NCBI GenBank assembly: GCA_905479685.1 | Contig: CAJQNJ010000133.1 | Span: 1-59,393, forward strand | Reading direction: 5' to 3' | Length of the DNA: 59,393 nucleotides | Origin: an uncultured Acidimicrobiales bacterium | GTDB taxonomy: Bacteria; Actinomycetota; Acidimicrobiia; Acidimicrobiales; SHLQ01 | In this document: in pieces, positions 27,649-37,952 of the stretch | How positions within the stretch are numbered: the first letter of the stretch is position 1 | Layout: each line of letters opens with the position of its first letter | Program-made: the position numbers and the translations under genes | The notes under the pieces: generated by a model | Seen by the model: the letters and a program-made list of their open reading frames with translations, nothing else | Database searches by the model: none | Told to the model about the DNA's origin: nothing

Positions 27649-28551
27649 TCATCGCGGAGGTCTCGGGATGAGGATTGGTGTGGATGCCTTGTATGCCTCG
27701 TAGTCCGACTGGCCGCCCCACTTCTTGTCGGCTCGTCGCTCGAGCATGGGGAGACCACTGACGCGGGTGAGGAGAACGGTCACGAAGATCGGGGAGATGA
27801 GCGTTGCGTACTGCCAGCCTTGGAGCGCAGGAAACGCCAGTATCGCCATGCCGGTCCAGAGGGTGATCTCGCCGAAGTAGTTGGGGTGGCGTGACCAGGC
27901 CCAGAGCCCCGAGCCGATGAACGCCCCGTCATTGGTCGGGTCGTTCTTGAATGCGGTCTTTTGTGCATCGGCTGTCACCTCGATCGCAAATCCGATCAGC
28001 CAGAGGACCAGTCCGATCGCACCGACCACGCCGAATGTGGTCTTGGCGCCCGAGGTGATTGCGGCAAGCGCTGCGCCTGCGGTGAGGATGACCCACAGAC
28101 CCTGCACCACCCAGGCCATGAGAAAACGAATCCAGCTCTGCTTGATCTGATCGAATCGTCCGTCCCCGCCTGCACGTTTGACACGTCGGAACAGGAACGA
28201 GCCGAGGCGTCCGGCCCAGATCAGCACCAACACTGCGGCGATGATCGCTCGCGCATCGAGATCGCTGGACAGGAGCACGGCCAGAACGATGACCGTGAGG
28301 TAGGTCACCGAACCGGTGATGTCGTAATAGTGCTCGGTGCGGGCTCGATACGAGGGAACGAACGCAAGGACGTTGATCGCGAACGCAGCGATCGTGACGA
28401 CCGCGAACACGGAGACCCCGCCGACCCTGTCACCACCGTCGCCACCTGCCCAGCCGAGCAACGCACCGAGAAGCGCGGCAATCAGAATTCCGATGGCAGC
28501 GTTTCGTTCGGCCTCGGTGTTTCGTGAACTGTTCTCGGTGGAACTGGTCAT
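27649..28551 (-). CDS. DUF1295 family membrane protein (steroid 5-alpha-reductase-like)
   Basis: YYDITGS, GDGRF, ADAQK, GLWAWSRHPNYFGE, SGLPMLE. Confidence 0.85.
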   Translation of the reverse strand: MTSSTENSSRNTEAERNAAIGILIAALLGALLGWAGGDGGDRVGGVSVFAVVTIAAFAINVLAFVPSYRARTEHYYDITGSVTYLTVIVLAVLLSSDLDARAIIAAVLVLIWAGRLGSFLFRRVKRAGGDGRFDQIKQSWIRFLMAWVVQGLWVILTAGAALAAITSGAKTTFGVVGAIGLVLWLIGFAIEVTADAQKTAFKNDPTNDGAFIGSGLWAWSRHPNYFGEITLWTGMAILAFPALQGWQYATLISPIFVTVLLTRVSGLPMLERRADKKWGGQSDYEAYKASTPILIPRPPR

Positions 28552-28617
28552 GCGCGAACCCTACGAGACGAGCCGATCACGAGCACGCTCCCACGGCTTC
28601 GCTCTGAAGAGGCTCGT

Positions 28618-29583
28618 TCAGGTAACGGTCGAGCGGAACTTGTCCATCAGGTGCCTACCGGCGTACACCGGCTCGTGAAGAGGGTGCGCCCCTTCATCCA
28701 CAATGCATTCGATTCGAGCATCCCAGTTCGCGTTGTGAAAGAAGGGCATCGTCAGTCGCCGCTTGTCGTGGCGCCCCGCCGGGACCACGACACGATGCAT
28801 CGTCGAACGCCAACGATCGTTGGTCCAACGCTGCATGAGGTCGCCGAGGTTGACGACGAGGGCACCATCGGGCGCTTCGACGTCGAACCAGTTGCCTTCG
28901 AGGTCTCGCACTTGCAGTCCTGGTTCGGCGTCGAGGCGAAGGATCGTGAGCGTGCCGTAATCGGTGTGCGCCCCCGCACGCAGCGCCCCAGGGTCGGGGG
29001 CACTCGAGAGCGCCGGGTAGTGCGCGAGCCGTAGCGCCGATCCGTGTTCATCGATGAACGGATCGAACCAGCCATCGCCGCGGTCGAGCGCATACGCGAA
29101 CGTGTTCATCACCGTTCTCGCCAGATCTGCCATCGCGAAGTAGTAGCGCTCGAGGCTCGGTCGGAGACTGGGCATCGCCGCGGGCCACAGTGTCGGAGCC
29201 CACACAGCACGCTCGTTCACATCGGTCATCTCATCCAATGGCCGGGGAGGTTCGGCCAAGGGCCCGACGCTGTACGCCTCTTTGAGATCAGGGACGCTCG
29301 ATCCGCCAATGGAACGATTCAGCGCCTCGGTCGAGAATGGCGCGTAGCCGTAGGGGTAGGTCGGATCAGGTTTGGCCGCTCCCATGCGGTCGTCGAGCGG
29401 CATGTCGAAGAACTCCAGCGCTGCCGCGTGTGCCTCGTCGATGATCTGTTGATCGATGTCGTGACCGACGACCGAGAAGAAACCCACCTCGACACATGCC
29501 CTGTCAACGCGGCGTCCAACCGCGACGCGGGCTGCTTCAGATCCCGTCGAGAAGCCGGCGAGGTCGATAACCGGAATAGTCAT
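28618..29583 (-). CDS. Isopenicillin N synthase family 2OG-Fe(II) oxygenase
   Basis: IPVIDL, ACVEVGFF, DLKE, LRLAHYP, GAHTDYGTLTIL, NLGDLMQRWTN, STMHRV. Confidence 0.9.
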   Translation of the reverse strand: MTIPVIDLAGFSTGSEAARVAVGRRVDRACVEVGFFSVVGHDIDQQIIDEAHAAALEFFDMPLDDRMGAAKPDPTYPYGYAPFSTEALNRSIGGSSVPDLKEAYSVGPLAEPPRPLDEMTDVNERAVWAPTLWPAAMPSLRPSLERYYFAMADLARTVMNTFAYALDRGDGWFDPFIDEHGSALRLAHYPALSSAPDPGALRAGAHTDYGTLTILRLDAEPGLQVRDLEGNWFDVEAPDGALVVNLGDLMQRWTNDRWRSTMHRVVVPAGRHDKRRLTMPFFHNANWDARIECIVDEGAHPLHEPVYAGRHLMDKFRSTVT

Positions 29584-29833
29584 GTCCGCAGTGTAGGAGG
29601 CACTCCAACGGCGCTCAGAAACCAGAACTGCCTCGCGGCGAGTTCCGCGAGCACGCATCTGGTCGAATACGTCACGTTGCATTCAGGTGGCCGATGATCA
29701 TGCGCGACTCGGAATCCGACCTACCAGGGAGTAACTTTGGCTCATCCGTCTGTAAGTGGGTTTCGCAGGGACACCAGTTTTGACGTCCGGTCGAGAAGTG
29801 CGCTCGTTTGCAGAACAGCTTTGGAGGAAGAAA

Positions 29834-31555
29834 ATGAAATTGTCCACGATGCGCTTATTGCGCGTTCTCGCCGCGCTCATGGCGCTGTCGTTGATTGCCG
29901 CTGCGTGCGGTAGCGACGACGCAGACGAGACAACAACCGACGATGCTGCAGTCGAAACCGACGATGAGGGAACGGCCGAAGAGGATCCAGAAGAAGATCC
30001 CGCCATGGAAGAAGAAGAGGATCCAGAAGAAGATCCTGCCATGGAAGAAGAGGCGACCGATGCAGCAGGAGGCGGCAACGTCAGCTACGGCATCGTCGAG
30101 CCTTCGTGGATCGATTCGTTCAACACCCAGGACTCCGAGGGCTTCGAAGTCGCTCGTCTGCTGTTCGACGGCCTGACCGATTACGGTGAAGACCTCAGCC
30201 CGGTTCCAGCAGTCGCAACCGACTGGTCGTCTGACGACAACATCACATGGACATTCAACCTTCGCGACGACGTCACATTCCACGACGGCACGCCAGTGAC
30301 GGCCCAGTCGTTCGTCGACGGATTCAACCGAGTCGCAAACCCGGACAACCTGTCCGACGTGTCCTACCAGGGTTCCTACTCGGCTGGTGTTGCAGGTTGG
30401 GGCGACGTCGAAGCTGGCGACGCTACGGAGATCTCCGGCTTGGCCGCGATCGATGACACCACCCTCGAGATCACCCTCGAAGGGCCGCTTGCGACCCTCC
30501 CGAAGATCCTCTCGCACCCCGTCTTCTCGCCGGTCAACATGGCCGCGGTCGAAGCAGGTGGCGACAGCTACACCGATGCCCCCGTGGGTAACGGACCGTA
30601 CAAGATGGTCGGTGCGTGGGAGCACGATGTGCGCATCGAGCTCGAGCGATACGCAGACTATTACGGCACGGCTGGACTGCCTGACACGATCACGTTCGGC
30701 ATCTACGACTCGCAAGAGACGATGTACCTCGAAGCACAGGCTGGAAACCTCAACATCTCCGAGGTTCCACCAGAGAACATCACGACCGCAACTGACGACT
30801 TCGATGGTCGTTACATCGAAGTCGCAACCGGTGTGATCAACTACCTCGGCTTCCCAACGCAGCAGGCACCATTCGACAACCCTGACATCCGCAAGGCGCT
30901 GTCGATGGCGATCGATCGCGACACGATCATCGATGCTGTGTTCGCTGGCACCCGTGCTCCGGCTGCCGGATTCGCTCCACCACTTGCGCCAGGCGCAATC
31001 GGTGGATGTGCGAACACCGAGTACAACCCTGACATGGCCAAGGAAATGTTCGACGCCGCAGGTGGCATTCCGGGCAACACCGTCACCTTCTGGTTCAACA
31101 CCGGCGGCGGACACGAGGTGTGGACCGAGGCCGTTGCAAACGGTTGGCTCCAAGTCCTCGGGCTCGAAGCCGAGTTCGTTGGTCAAGAGTTCTCGCCGTA
31201 CCTCGATCAGCTTCAGGCTGGCGAAGTGGATGGTCCATTCCGACTGGGCTGGGGCTGGGATTCACCCACCGCAGAGAACTTCCTCTCGCCGATCTACGGC
31301 AGCGAGTCGAGCGACAATTACTCGGGGTACTCGAACGCTGACTTCGATGCAGCAATCAGCGAGTTCAAGACGTCTCCAACCGAGGCTGACGGTTTCCCTG
31401 CGCTCGCAACAGCTCAGGAGATCCTCTGCGAGGACATGCCCGTCGCTCCGATGTTCTTCAGCCGTGGTCAGAAGGTCTACACGGAGAACGTCGACAACGT
31501 GATCCACAGCGTCTTCGGATTCACACTGCTCGAACAGGTCGAGATTCTCGGCTAG
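29834..31555 (+). CDS. oppA: Peptide/oligopeptide ABC transporter substrate-binding lipoprotein (family 5)
   Basis: GGAGG RBS, lipobox IAAACG, TWTFNLR..VTFHDGTPVTA, PVGNGPY, RKALSMAIDR. Confidence 0.9.
   Translation: MKLSTMRLLRVLAALMALSLIAAACGSDDADETTTDDAAVETDDEGTAEEDPEEDPAMEEEEDPEEDPAMEEEATDAAGGGNVSYGIVEPSWIDSFNTQDSEGFEVARLLFDGLTDYGEDLSPVPAVATDWSSDDNITWTFNLRDDVTFHDGTPVTAQSFVDGFNRVANPDNLSDVSYQGSYSAGVAGWGDVEAGDATEISGLAAIDDTTLEITLEGPLATLPKILSHPVFSPVNMAAVEAGGDSYTDAPVGNGPYKMVGAWEHDVRIELERYADYYGTAGLPDTITFGIYDSQETMYLEAQAGNLNISEVPPENITTATDDFDGRYIEVATGVINYLGFPTQQAPFDNPDIRKALSMAIDRDTIIDAVFAGTRAPAAGFAPPLAPGAIGGCANTEYNPDMAKEMFDAAGGIPGNTVTFWFNTGGGHEVWTEAVANGWLQVLGLEAEFVGQEFSPYLDQLQAGEVDGPFRLGWGWDSPTAENFLSPIYGSESSDNYSGYSNADFDAAISEFKTSPTEADGFPALATAQEILCEDMPVAPMFFSRGQKVYTENVDNVIHSVFGFTLLEQVEILG
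29978..30049 (+). repeat. 36-bp in-frame tandem duplication encoding EEDPEEDPAMEE x2
   Basis: Units 29978-30013 and 30014-30049 differ at one synonymous position. Confidence 0.9.
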
Positions 31556-31571
31556 CACCAGCAATGCACTG

Positions 31572-31630
31572 AACGCGTGAACGGCGGGGTGGTCTGGCTC
31601 TCGGGCTAGGTCGCCCCGCCGTTGCGCGTT
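31572..31630 (+). terminator. Long intra-operon stem-loop after oppA (mRNA stabiliser or attenuator)
   Basis: AACGGCGGGG/CCCCGCCGTT arms, inner stem relying on several G-U pairs, outer AACGCG/CGCGTT. Confidence 0.65.
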
Positions 31631-31647
31631 TAGGGTTCCCGTACCCC

Positions 31648-32574
31648 ATGTTTCGCTACTTCATTCGTCGACTTCTGCAGCTGATTCCCGTCTTCTTCAT
31701 CAGCACGTTCCTGATTTTCTTGGTCATTCGAATCATTCCCGGCGACCCGATTCAGGCACAGTTCGGCGAGCGACGCATCCCGGACAACCTGCGCGAGGCA
31801 TACGTCGAGCGGTACCACTTCAACGAGCCGCTGTGGAAGCAGTACTTCCTCTACATGAAGGACATCTTCCAGTTCGATCTGGGCGACTCGATCGCCAATC
31901 AACGCCCGATCAACGAGATCTTCAGGGAGTCGCTGCCTCGAACAGCGACGCTGGCGACGATGTCGGTCTTCTTCATTGCACTGTTCTCGATTCCTCTCGG
32001 GATCTTCTCAGCACGCAAGAAGGACACCTTCGCCGACAACTCCTTCCTGGTGATCACATTGATCATGTTGTCGATTCCACCGTTCGTGCTGGGCCTACTC
32101 GCACAACTTTTCGTCGGCGTGAAGTGGGGGATCCTGCCGGTCTCTGGTGTCGAGGATGGCCTGAAGAGCTACATCCTTCCCTCGTTGGTCATCGCCACGT
32201 CGCTCATGGCCGTGGATGCTCGGTTGATGCGCACCACCTTGCTCGACACGTTTCGTGAGGACTATCTACGAACGGCCAGAGCGAAAGGCCTGACGGAACG
32301 GCGCGTGTTCACCGTCCACGCACTGCGCAACGCTCTGATTCCTGTTGTCACCGTCTTGGCCATCGATCTCGGAGCGCTGCTCGGTGGCACAATTGTGACC
32401 GAATCGGTGTTCAACATCCCCGGTATCGGCTTCCGGATCACCCGAGCGGTCGTGCAGCGCGACACCACGATGATCACGGGCGTCTCGATCTTTCTCGTGA
32501 TGGCATATTTGTTCATCAACCTGATCGTCGACATGATCTACGCGTGGCTCGACCCGAGGATTCGTTATGACTGA
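31648..32574 (+). CDS. oppB: Peptide ABC transporter permease
   Basis: YFIRRLL, PGDP, FDLGDS, EDYLRTARAKGL, HALRNAL, ESVFNIPGIG. Confidence 0.92.
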   Translation: MFRYFIRRLLQLIPVFFISTFLIFLVIRIIPGDPIQAQFGERRIPDNLREAYVERYHFNEPLWKQYFLYMKDIFQFDLGDSIANQRPINEIFRESLPRTATLATMSVFFIALFSIPLGIFSARKKDTFADNSFLVITLIMLSIPPFVLGLLAQLFVGVKWGILPVSGVEDGLKSYILPSLVIATSLMAVDARLMRTTLLDTFREDYLRTARAKGLTERRVFTVHALRNALIPVVTVLAIDLGALLGGTIVTESVFNIPGIGFRITRAVVQRDTTMITGVSIFLVMAYLFINLIVDMIYAWLDPRIRYD

Positions 32575-33493
32575 GCCAAAAACGGTCGACCTCGAAGCTG
32601 TGGCTGCAATCGACCCAGCGCGCCGCACATTCTGGGGTGACGCGTGGCGTATCCTGCGACGTCGTTGGCTGTTCTGGGTGAGCCTTTTTCTCATCGTGAC
32701 TTTTGTGGGGATGGCGATTGTTCCCGGTTTGTACGTGTGGCCCTCGCCGGGGCCCGACGACCCGAGCGGTCTCTATTGCTTCTTGGCCGACGCCCGACAG
32801 GGCCCGTCGTCCGAGCATTGGTTCGGGACCGACGTGCAAGGATGTGATTACTACGCACAAGTCACCTACGGCGCACGGGTTTCACTCGTAGTTGCGCTCT
32901 TCGCGACGATGATCACCGTGGTCGTCGGCATCGTCCTGGGTAGCCTCGCCGGTTATTACGGTGGAGCGCTCGACTCGGTCATCTCGCGAACCGCCGACGG
33001 GTTCTTCGCCCTTCCGTACCTCGTGGGTGCGATCATCGTGCTCAGCGCTCTGACGACCCAAGAGGGCCGAGAGATCTGGCACGTCACGGTGGCCATCGGT
33101 TTCTTGGGTTGGCCATCTGTTGTGCGTTTGTATCGCTCGACGGTGTTGCAGGTGAAGGGGCTCGAGTACGTACAAGCGGCGAAAGCGTTGGGTGCCGGTG
33201 ATGGGCGCATCATCTTCAGACACATTCTTCCCAATGCGATCGCCCCGACTCTCGTCTACTCGACGATCAGCATGGGCGGCATCATTTCGGTCGAAGCCAC
33301 CCTGTCCTTTTTGGGCATCGGTCTTCCGATCGACTCGATTTCCTGGGGCAACATGATCAGTGAAGCTGGTACCCGGATCCAACAGTCGCCACATCTGCTG
33401 TTCTTCCCTTCCGCCTATCTCATCTTCGCGAGTCTGGGGTTCGTGTTGATGGGTGAACAGCTTCGAGAAGCCTTCGACCCGAGGTTCCGCTGA
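32567..33493 (+). CDS. oppC: Peptide ABC transporter permease
   Basis: HWFGTD, YGARVSL, EYVQAAKALGA, HILPN, LSFLGIG, LREAFDP. Confidence 0.92.
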   Translation: MTEPKTVDLEAVAAIDPARRTFWGDAWRILRRRWLFWVSLFLIVTFVGMAIVPGLYVWPSPGPDDPSGLYCFLADARQGPSSEHWFGTDVQGCDYYAQVTYGARVSLVVALFATMITVVVGIVLGSLAGYYGGALDSVISRTADGFFALPYLVGAIIVLSALTTQEGREIWHVTVAIGFLGWPSVVRLYRSTVLQVKGLEYVQAAKALGAGDGRIIFRHILPNAIAPTLVYSTISMGGIISVEATLSFLGIGLPIDSISWGNMISEAGTRIQQSPHLLFFPSAYLIFASLGFVLMGEQLREAFDPRFR

Positions 33494-34482
33494 TGGCTGT
33501 CCCGCTGCTCGTCGTCGAAGATTTGAGTGTCGAGTTCCACACTGACGAAGGCATCGTCAAGGCTGTGTCGAATATGTCGTGGGAGCTCGCCGCGGGCGAG
33601 ACCATGGCGATCCTGGGCGAGTCCGGATCTGGAAAGTCAGTCTCTGTCCAAGCGGTCATGGGCTTGTTGCCGATGCCGCCCGCCGTGATTGCGGGCGGGA
33701 GCATTCGGTATGGGGACACCGAATTGATCGGCTCTGAGCCGTCGGTCCTCCGCAACATCCGCGGGCCCGAGATCGCCATGATCTTCCAGGATCCCCTGAG
33801 CGCACTGAATCCGGTCTATCGAGTCGGCTGGCAGATTGCGGAGATGTTCCGCATGCACGAGGGAGCGTCTCGAAGCGAAGCTCGAACTCGATCGATCGAT
33901 CTGATGCAGCGGGTCGGGATCCCGAACCCGGAGATCCGGTTCCGGCAGTACCCGCATGAATTCTCCGGTGGCATGCGGCAGCGGGCAATGATCGCCATGG
34001 CTCTTGCGTTGAACCCGAAGGTGCTGATCGCCGACGAGCCGACGACCGCACTCGATGTGACGGTGCAGGCACAGATCATGGATCTGTTGGGCCAGATCCA
34101 GGCCGATACCAACATGGGCCTGATCCTGATCACGCACGACCTGGGAGTCGTCGCGTCAGTGGCCGATCGAGTCATCGTGATGTACGCCGGCCGTACAGTC
34201 GAGACCGGAGATGCGGAATCGTTCTATCGCAGGCCGGCACACCCGTACTCAAAGGGCTTGATGCGGTCCGTCCCGAGAATCACTGGTCCGCTCGAGCGGC
34301 TGCACTCCATCGACGGGACACCGCCGAGCGTCGTCGATCTTCCAGCTGGCTGCGCGTTCGCAACACGATGTCCAGAGGTGCACGATCGTTGCACGGAGCG
34401 GCCAGCGCTCATCCAGATCGGTGACCGAACACGGACGGCCGCATGCCACCTCGTCGGCGAGCCAGTGGGGGAGGCGGTATGA
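33493..34482 (+). CDS. oppD: Peptide ABC transporter ATP-binding protein
   Basis: [32 protein letters not shown], Cys-rich C-terminus. Confidence 0.92.
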   Translation: MAVPLLVVEDLSVEFHTDEGIVKAVSNMSWELAAGETMAILGESGSGKSVSVQAVMGLLPMPPAVIAGGSIRYGDTELIGSEPSVLRNIRGPEIAMIFQDPLSALNPVYRVGWQIAEMFRMHEGASRSEARTRSIDLMQRVGIPNPEIRFRQYPHEFSGGMRQRAMIAMALALNPKVLIADEPTTALDVTVQAQIMDLLGQIQADTNMGLILITHDLGVVASVADRVIVMYAGRTVETGDAESFYRRPAHPYSKGLMRSVPRITGPLERLHSIDGTPPSVVDLPAGCAFATRCPEVHDRCTERPALIQIGDRTRTAACHLVGEPVGEAV

Positions 34483-35480
34483 CCATTGAACCCCTCCTCG
34501 ACGTCAGGGGTCTGGTGAAGGAGTTTCCCCAGAGTGGCGGAATCATTCCGGGCCGCCTGAGCCCCATCCGGGCCGTCTCGGGTGTCGACGTGCAAGTCCT
34601 GCCAGGGCAGACTCATGGCCTCGTTGGTGAGTCGGGCTGTGGCAAGTCGACGGTGGCCCGAACAATTCTCCAGCTCGACAAGCCAACTGCTGGTGAAGCG
34701 ATATTCGAGGGCAGGGACCTGTTCAAGCTCAACAAGTCTGATCTACGCGAAGCTCGCAAAGACATCCAGATCGTGTTCCAGGATCCGTTCTCTTCGCTGA
34801 ACCCTCGAATGACGGTTCAGTCGATCATCGAAGAACCGTTCGTGATTCATGGAGGGGCGCACAAGTCCGAGCGCGAAGCCGAGGTCAAACGACTATTGAA
34901 GCAGGTCGGACTGAACCCCGAACACGCCGCCCGGTATCCACATCAGTTCTCCGGAGGTCAGCGTCAACGCGTCGGTATTGCCCGTGCTCTTGCGCTGCAG
35001 CCAAAGCTGATCATCGCCGACGAGCCTGTGTCGGCCCTCGACGTCTCCATTCAGGCTCAAGTCGTCAACCTGATGCGCGATCTGCAGAGAGAGCTCAACG
35101 TGAGCTATCTCTTCATCGCACACGACTTGGCTGTCGTTCGGCACATTTCTGACGTCGTGTCGGTGATGTACCTCGGCAAGATCGTCGAGACCGGCAGTCG
35201 TGACGACATCTACGAGAACCCAACTCATCCGTACACACAAGCACTGCTCTCAGCTGTTCCCGAACCCGATCCGATCCTGGAGCGCATGCGTGAGCGACGT
35301 GTGCTGGTCGGCGACCTTCCGTCGCCTGCCGATCCACCTTCGGGGTGCCGCTTCCGGACCCGTTGTTGGAAAGCAACCGAGCTGTGCGCTGAGGAGGAGC
35401 CGGCATTGGAAGATCCTGGGGTTGGGCATTCGGTCGCCTGCCATCATCCAGAGGTCGAGGTAGCGATCTCTTCACGCTGA
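34479..35480 (+). CDS. oppF: Peptide ABC transporter ATP-binding protein
   Basis: [40 protein letters not shown]; ATG 34479 overlaps the oppD stop. Confidence 0.92.
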   Translation: MTIEPLLDVRGLVKEFPQSGGIIPGRLSPIRAVSGVDVQVLPGQTHGLVGESGCGKSTVARTILQLDKPTAGEAIFEGRDLFKLNKSDLREARKDIQIVFQDPFSSLNPRMTVQSIIEEPFVIHGGAHKSEREAEVKRLLKQVGLNPEHAARYPHQFSGGQRQRVGIARALALQPKLIIADEPVSALDVSIQAQVVNLMRDLQRELNVSYLFIAHDLAVVRHISDVVSVMYLGKIVETGSRDDIYENPTHPYTQALLSAVPEPDPILERMRERRVLVGDLPSPADPPSGCRFRTRCWKATELCAEEEPALEDPGVGHSVACHHPEVEVAISSR

Positions 35481-35492
35481 GCCGTGTGCCGG

Positions 35493-36932
35493 TCAGCGCA
35501 ACACAGTGTTCAGCGCTCGATTCGCTGCGCCGAAGCCGCTCATGCCATGTACGCCGGCACCCGGCGTGGTGCTGGCGCTTCCGATGAACATGGTGTCATC
35601 TGGAGTGTCGTATGGGTTCGTCTGGGCTCGCGGACGCGCGAAGAGCTGCATGCCTGCGTAACTTCCGCCGCCCACATCACCTCCGACGAGGTTCATGTTC
35701 TGGGCTTCGAGATCTGCAGGTGAGGTGACGTGTCGTGCGCGCACGATGTCTCGAAACCCGGGCGCGAAACGTTCGAACTGTCGCTCGATCGCGGCTGTCT
35801 GATCGACGGTTGAACCATTCGGGGCGTGGCAATACGCCCACGCAGTGTGCACACCTTCGGGAGCTCGGGTGGGGTCGAATCGGCCGTGCTGCGCGACGAG
35901 TACGAACGGTCGTTCCGCGTGACCGCCCGAAGCGACGAGTGCTTCGGCCTCGGTGATCTCATCGAGTGTTCCACCCAGATGTACGGTCCCGGCCATCGCG
36001 ATGTCGGGGTGTGTCCAGGGGATCGGGCCATCGAGGGAGTAGTCGACCTTCCACGCGGCCGGGCCGTAGCGAAACCGCTGCAAGGCCGAGCGATACTTGG
36101 CCGGGAAACGTTCGCCGACGACCTCGTCGACCTGCCGGGGTGTGAGCGCGAAAATCGTTGTGCGCGCCGGAGGAAGATCGGCCAGTGATCGCACGGGATG
36201 CCCGGTCCGAATCTCGCCACCGAGTGACCTGAAGTATGAGGCCATCGCATCGCTGATCGACTGTGCTCCGCCAACAGGAAACCCCCAACCAACGGTGTGG
36301 ACGAGCGAGCCGAGAAGTAACCCAAACGATGAAGTGAACGGCTGGGTAAGGGGAAGAATTGCATGGGCGGCGTGACCGGCGAACATGGCTTGGGCCTCGT
36401 CAGACTTCCAGACGCGACGTGCCGTGGTCGCGGCCGGCAGTGCTGCCGTGGCCCCGAAACGAGCAGAAAACAGTGGTCGCTTCGGGAGGCGTAGCAGCGG
36501 ATTCAGCGCAAGGTCGACGAGGTCATCGATGTTCTCGACCCACGGTTGGAAGTAACGCAGGTAGGCACGGGCGTCGGTTCCGAGTGCTTCACATGTGCGA
36601 GCGAGCTCGTTCCATGCCACAGCGGCGCGACCGTCGTCGAGCGGGTGCGCCACAGCAGCTGGAGGTGTGACCCACTCGAGTCCATGCTCATGCAAGTTGG
36701 ACTCGATGGTTCGGAAGAATGGTGAGGCCTTGACCATCGGATGGATTGCGGACGCGATGTCGTGACGAACTCCAGGTTCGGTCAGTTCAAGGGTTCGGGC
36801 GCCGCCACCGATCGTCGTGTTGGCTTCCACGACGATGACGGACCGGCCTGCCCGCGCAAGGGTTATTGCGGCGGCGAGGCCGTTTGGTCCAGCGCCGACA
36901 ACGACGGCATCGGTCTGAGCATCTGGAGACAT
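35493..36932 (-). CDS. Phytoene desaturase-like NAD(P)/FAD-dependent oxidoreductase
   Basis: DAVVVGAGPNGLAAA, IGGGART, HTAWAYCH, STTPGAGVHGMSG. Confidence 0.88.
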   Translation of the reverse strand: MSPDAQTDAVVVGAGPNGLAAAITLARAGRSVIVVEANTTIGGGARTLELTEPGVRHDIASAIHPMVKASPFFRTIESNLHEHGLEWVTPPAAVAHPLDDGRAAVAWNELARTCEALGTDARAYLRYFQPWVENIDDLVDLALNPLLRLPKRPLFSARFGATAALPAATTARRVWKSDEAQAMFAGHAAHAILPLTQPFTSSFGLLLGSLVHTVGWGFPVGGAQSISDAMASYFRSLGGEIRTGHPVRSLADLPPARTTIFALTPRQVDEVVGERFPAKYRSALQRFRYGPAAWKVDYSLDGPIPWTHPDIAMAGTVHLGGTLDEITEAEALVASGGHAERPFVLVAQHGRFDPTRAPEGVHTAWAYCHAPNGSTVDQTAAIERQFERFAPGFRDIVRARHVTSPADLEAQNMNLVGGDVGGGSYAGMQLFARPRAQTNPYDTPDDTMFIGSASTTPGAGVHGMSGFGAANRALNTVLR

Positions 36933-36977
36933 GTGCTGAGCGTACGACTTGTTCGCTCGGTCGGGTATGCTGTTTGG

Positions 36978-37901
36978 ATGTCGATCATCGTGAACCCGTG
37001 GGGCCGACCTGACGAGTGGATGGCCGAGTTCGGTCGGATCATGCCGGGCGACACATTCGAACTGTGGCCCGATTGTGCTGATCGAGCAGCGGTTGAATTC
37101 GTCGTGGCGTGGCGCATGAAACGAGCCGACTTGGCTTCTTTCCCCAGCCTTCGTGCGATCTTGTCACTCGGCGCGGGCGCCGAGCAGTGGCAAAACGATG
37201 GCGTACCCGACGTCGACGTCGTGCGGTTGGCCGATCCTGCCCTGTCAGATGAAATGGCGACGTATGCGTTGCACTGGGTGATTCGCCTTCAACGTCATTT
37301 CGATGTGATGGCGGCGGGCCAAGAAGCCGTGAAGTGGGAGGAGGTCGAGTATGTACAGGCATCCAACTACCGCGTGGGGATACTTGGTTACGGGACGATC
37401 GGCCAACGCGTGGGTCGTGCGTTCACCGATCTCGGCTATCGGGTGAACGCCTGGTCACGCAGCGGTTCGGACGACCCTTCGATCACATCGTTTCGCGGCC
37501 TCGACGAACTCGAAACGTTCCTCGCGACCAGTGATGCGGTGATAAATGTTCTTCCGAACACTCCGGCAACTCGAGGATTACTCGACGCGGAACGACTCGC
37601 TCAGTTCGCTGATGGATCGGTGTTCATCAACATCGGCCGCGGCTCCGTACTGTCCAGCGAAGCCGACCTGGTAGCGGCGCTCGACGACGGCCCGCTACGA
37701 ACCGCAGTACTCGATGTGACAGAGCCCGAACCACCCACTGCTGATTCGCCGCTCTATCGCCATGGATCAGTGCATCTGACGCCTCACATTGCGGGCAGCA
37801 CACAGGTCGTCACCGCAGCGCGACTGATCGCTGACAACATCGGGCGGATTCGTGTCGGCGAGCGACCCTTTCCGCTTCTCGATCGTTCCCTCGGATACTG
37901 A
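36978..37901 (+). CDS. ghrA: D-2-hydroxyacid dehydrogenase (glyoxylate/hydroxypyruvate reductase A-like)
   Basis: SLGAGA, GILGYGTIG, LPNTPAT, INIGRG, LDVTEPEP, LTPHIA. Confidence 0.82.
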   Translation: MSIIVNPWGRPDEWMAEFGRIMPGDTFELWPDCADRAAVEFVVAWRMKRADLASFPSLRAILSLGAGAEQWQNDGVPDVDVVRLADPALSDEMATYALHWVIRLQRHFDVMAAGQEAVKWEEVEYVQASNYRVGILGYGTIGQRVGRAFTDLGYRVNAWSRSGSDDPSITSFRGLDELETFLATSDAVINVLPNTPATRGLLDAERLAQFADGSVFINIGRGSVLSSEADLVAALDDGPLRTAVLDVTEPEPPTADSPLYRHGSVHLTPHIAGSTQVVTAARLIADNIGRIRVGERPFPLLDRSLGY

Positions 37902-37952
37902 CGCCGGCCGCGGCTCCGGCACACATCGCTTGGATTGTTTCGTACCCCTGAA

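Noticed and set aside
21477-29583. Beta-lactam biosynthetic cluster (C45 acyltransferase-like plus IPNS-like genes)
   Set aside because: There is no ACV synthetase/NRPS; both families are broad, and the context is catabolic.
29584-29833. Riboswitch or ncRNA in the 250-bp gap upstream of oppA
   Set aside because: Only a short hairpin (CTCGCGG...CCGCGAG) is seen and I recognise no riboswitch consensus; an Rfam/Infernal scan would be decisive.
35493-36932. Carotenoid biosynthesis gene crtI
   Set aside because: No crtB/crtE nearby; it matches the broad stand-alone phytoene-dehydrogenase-like family.
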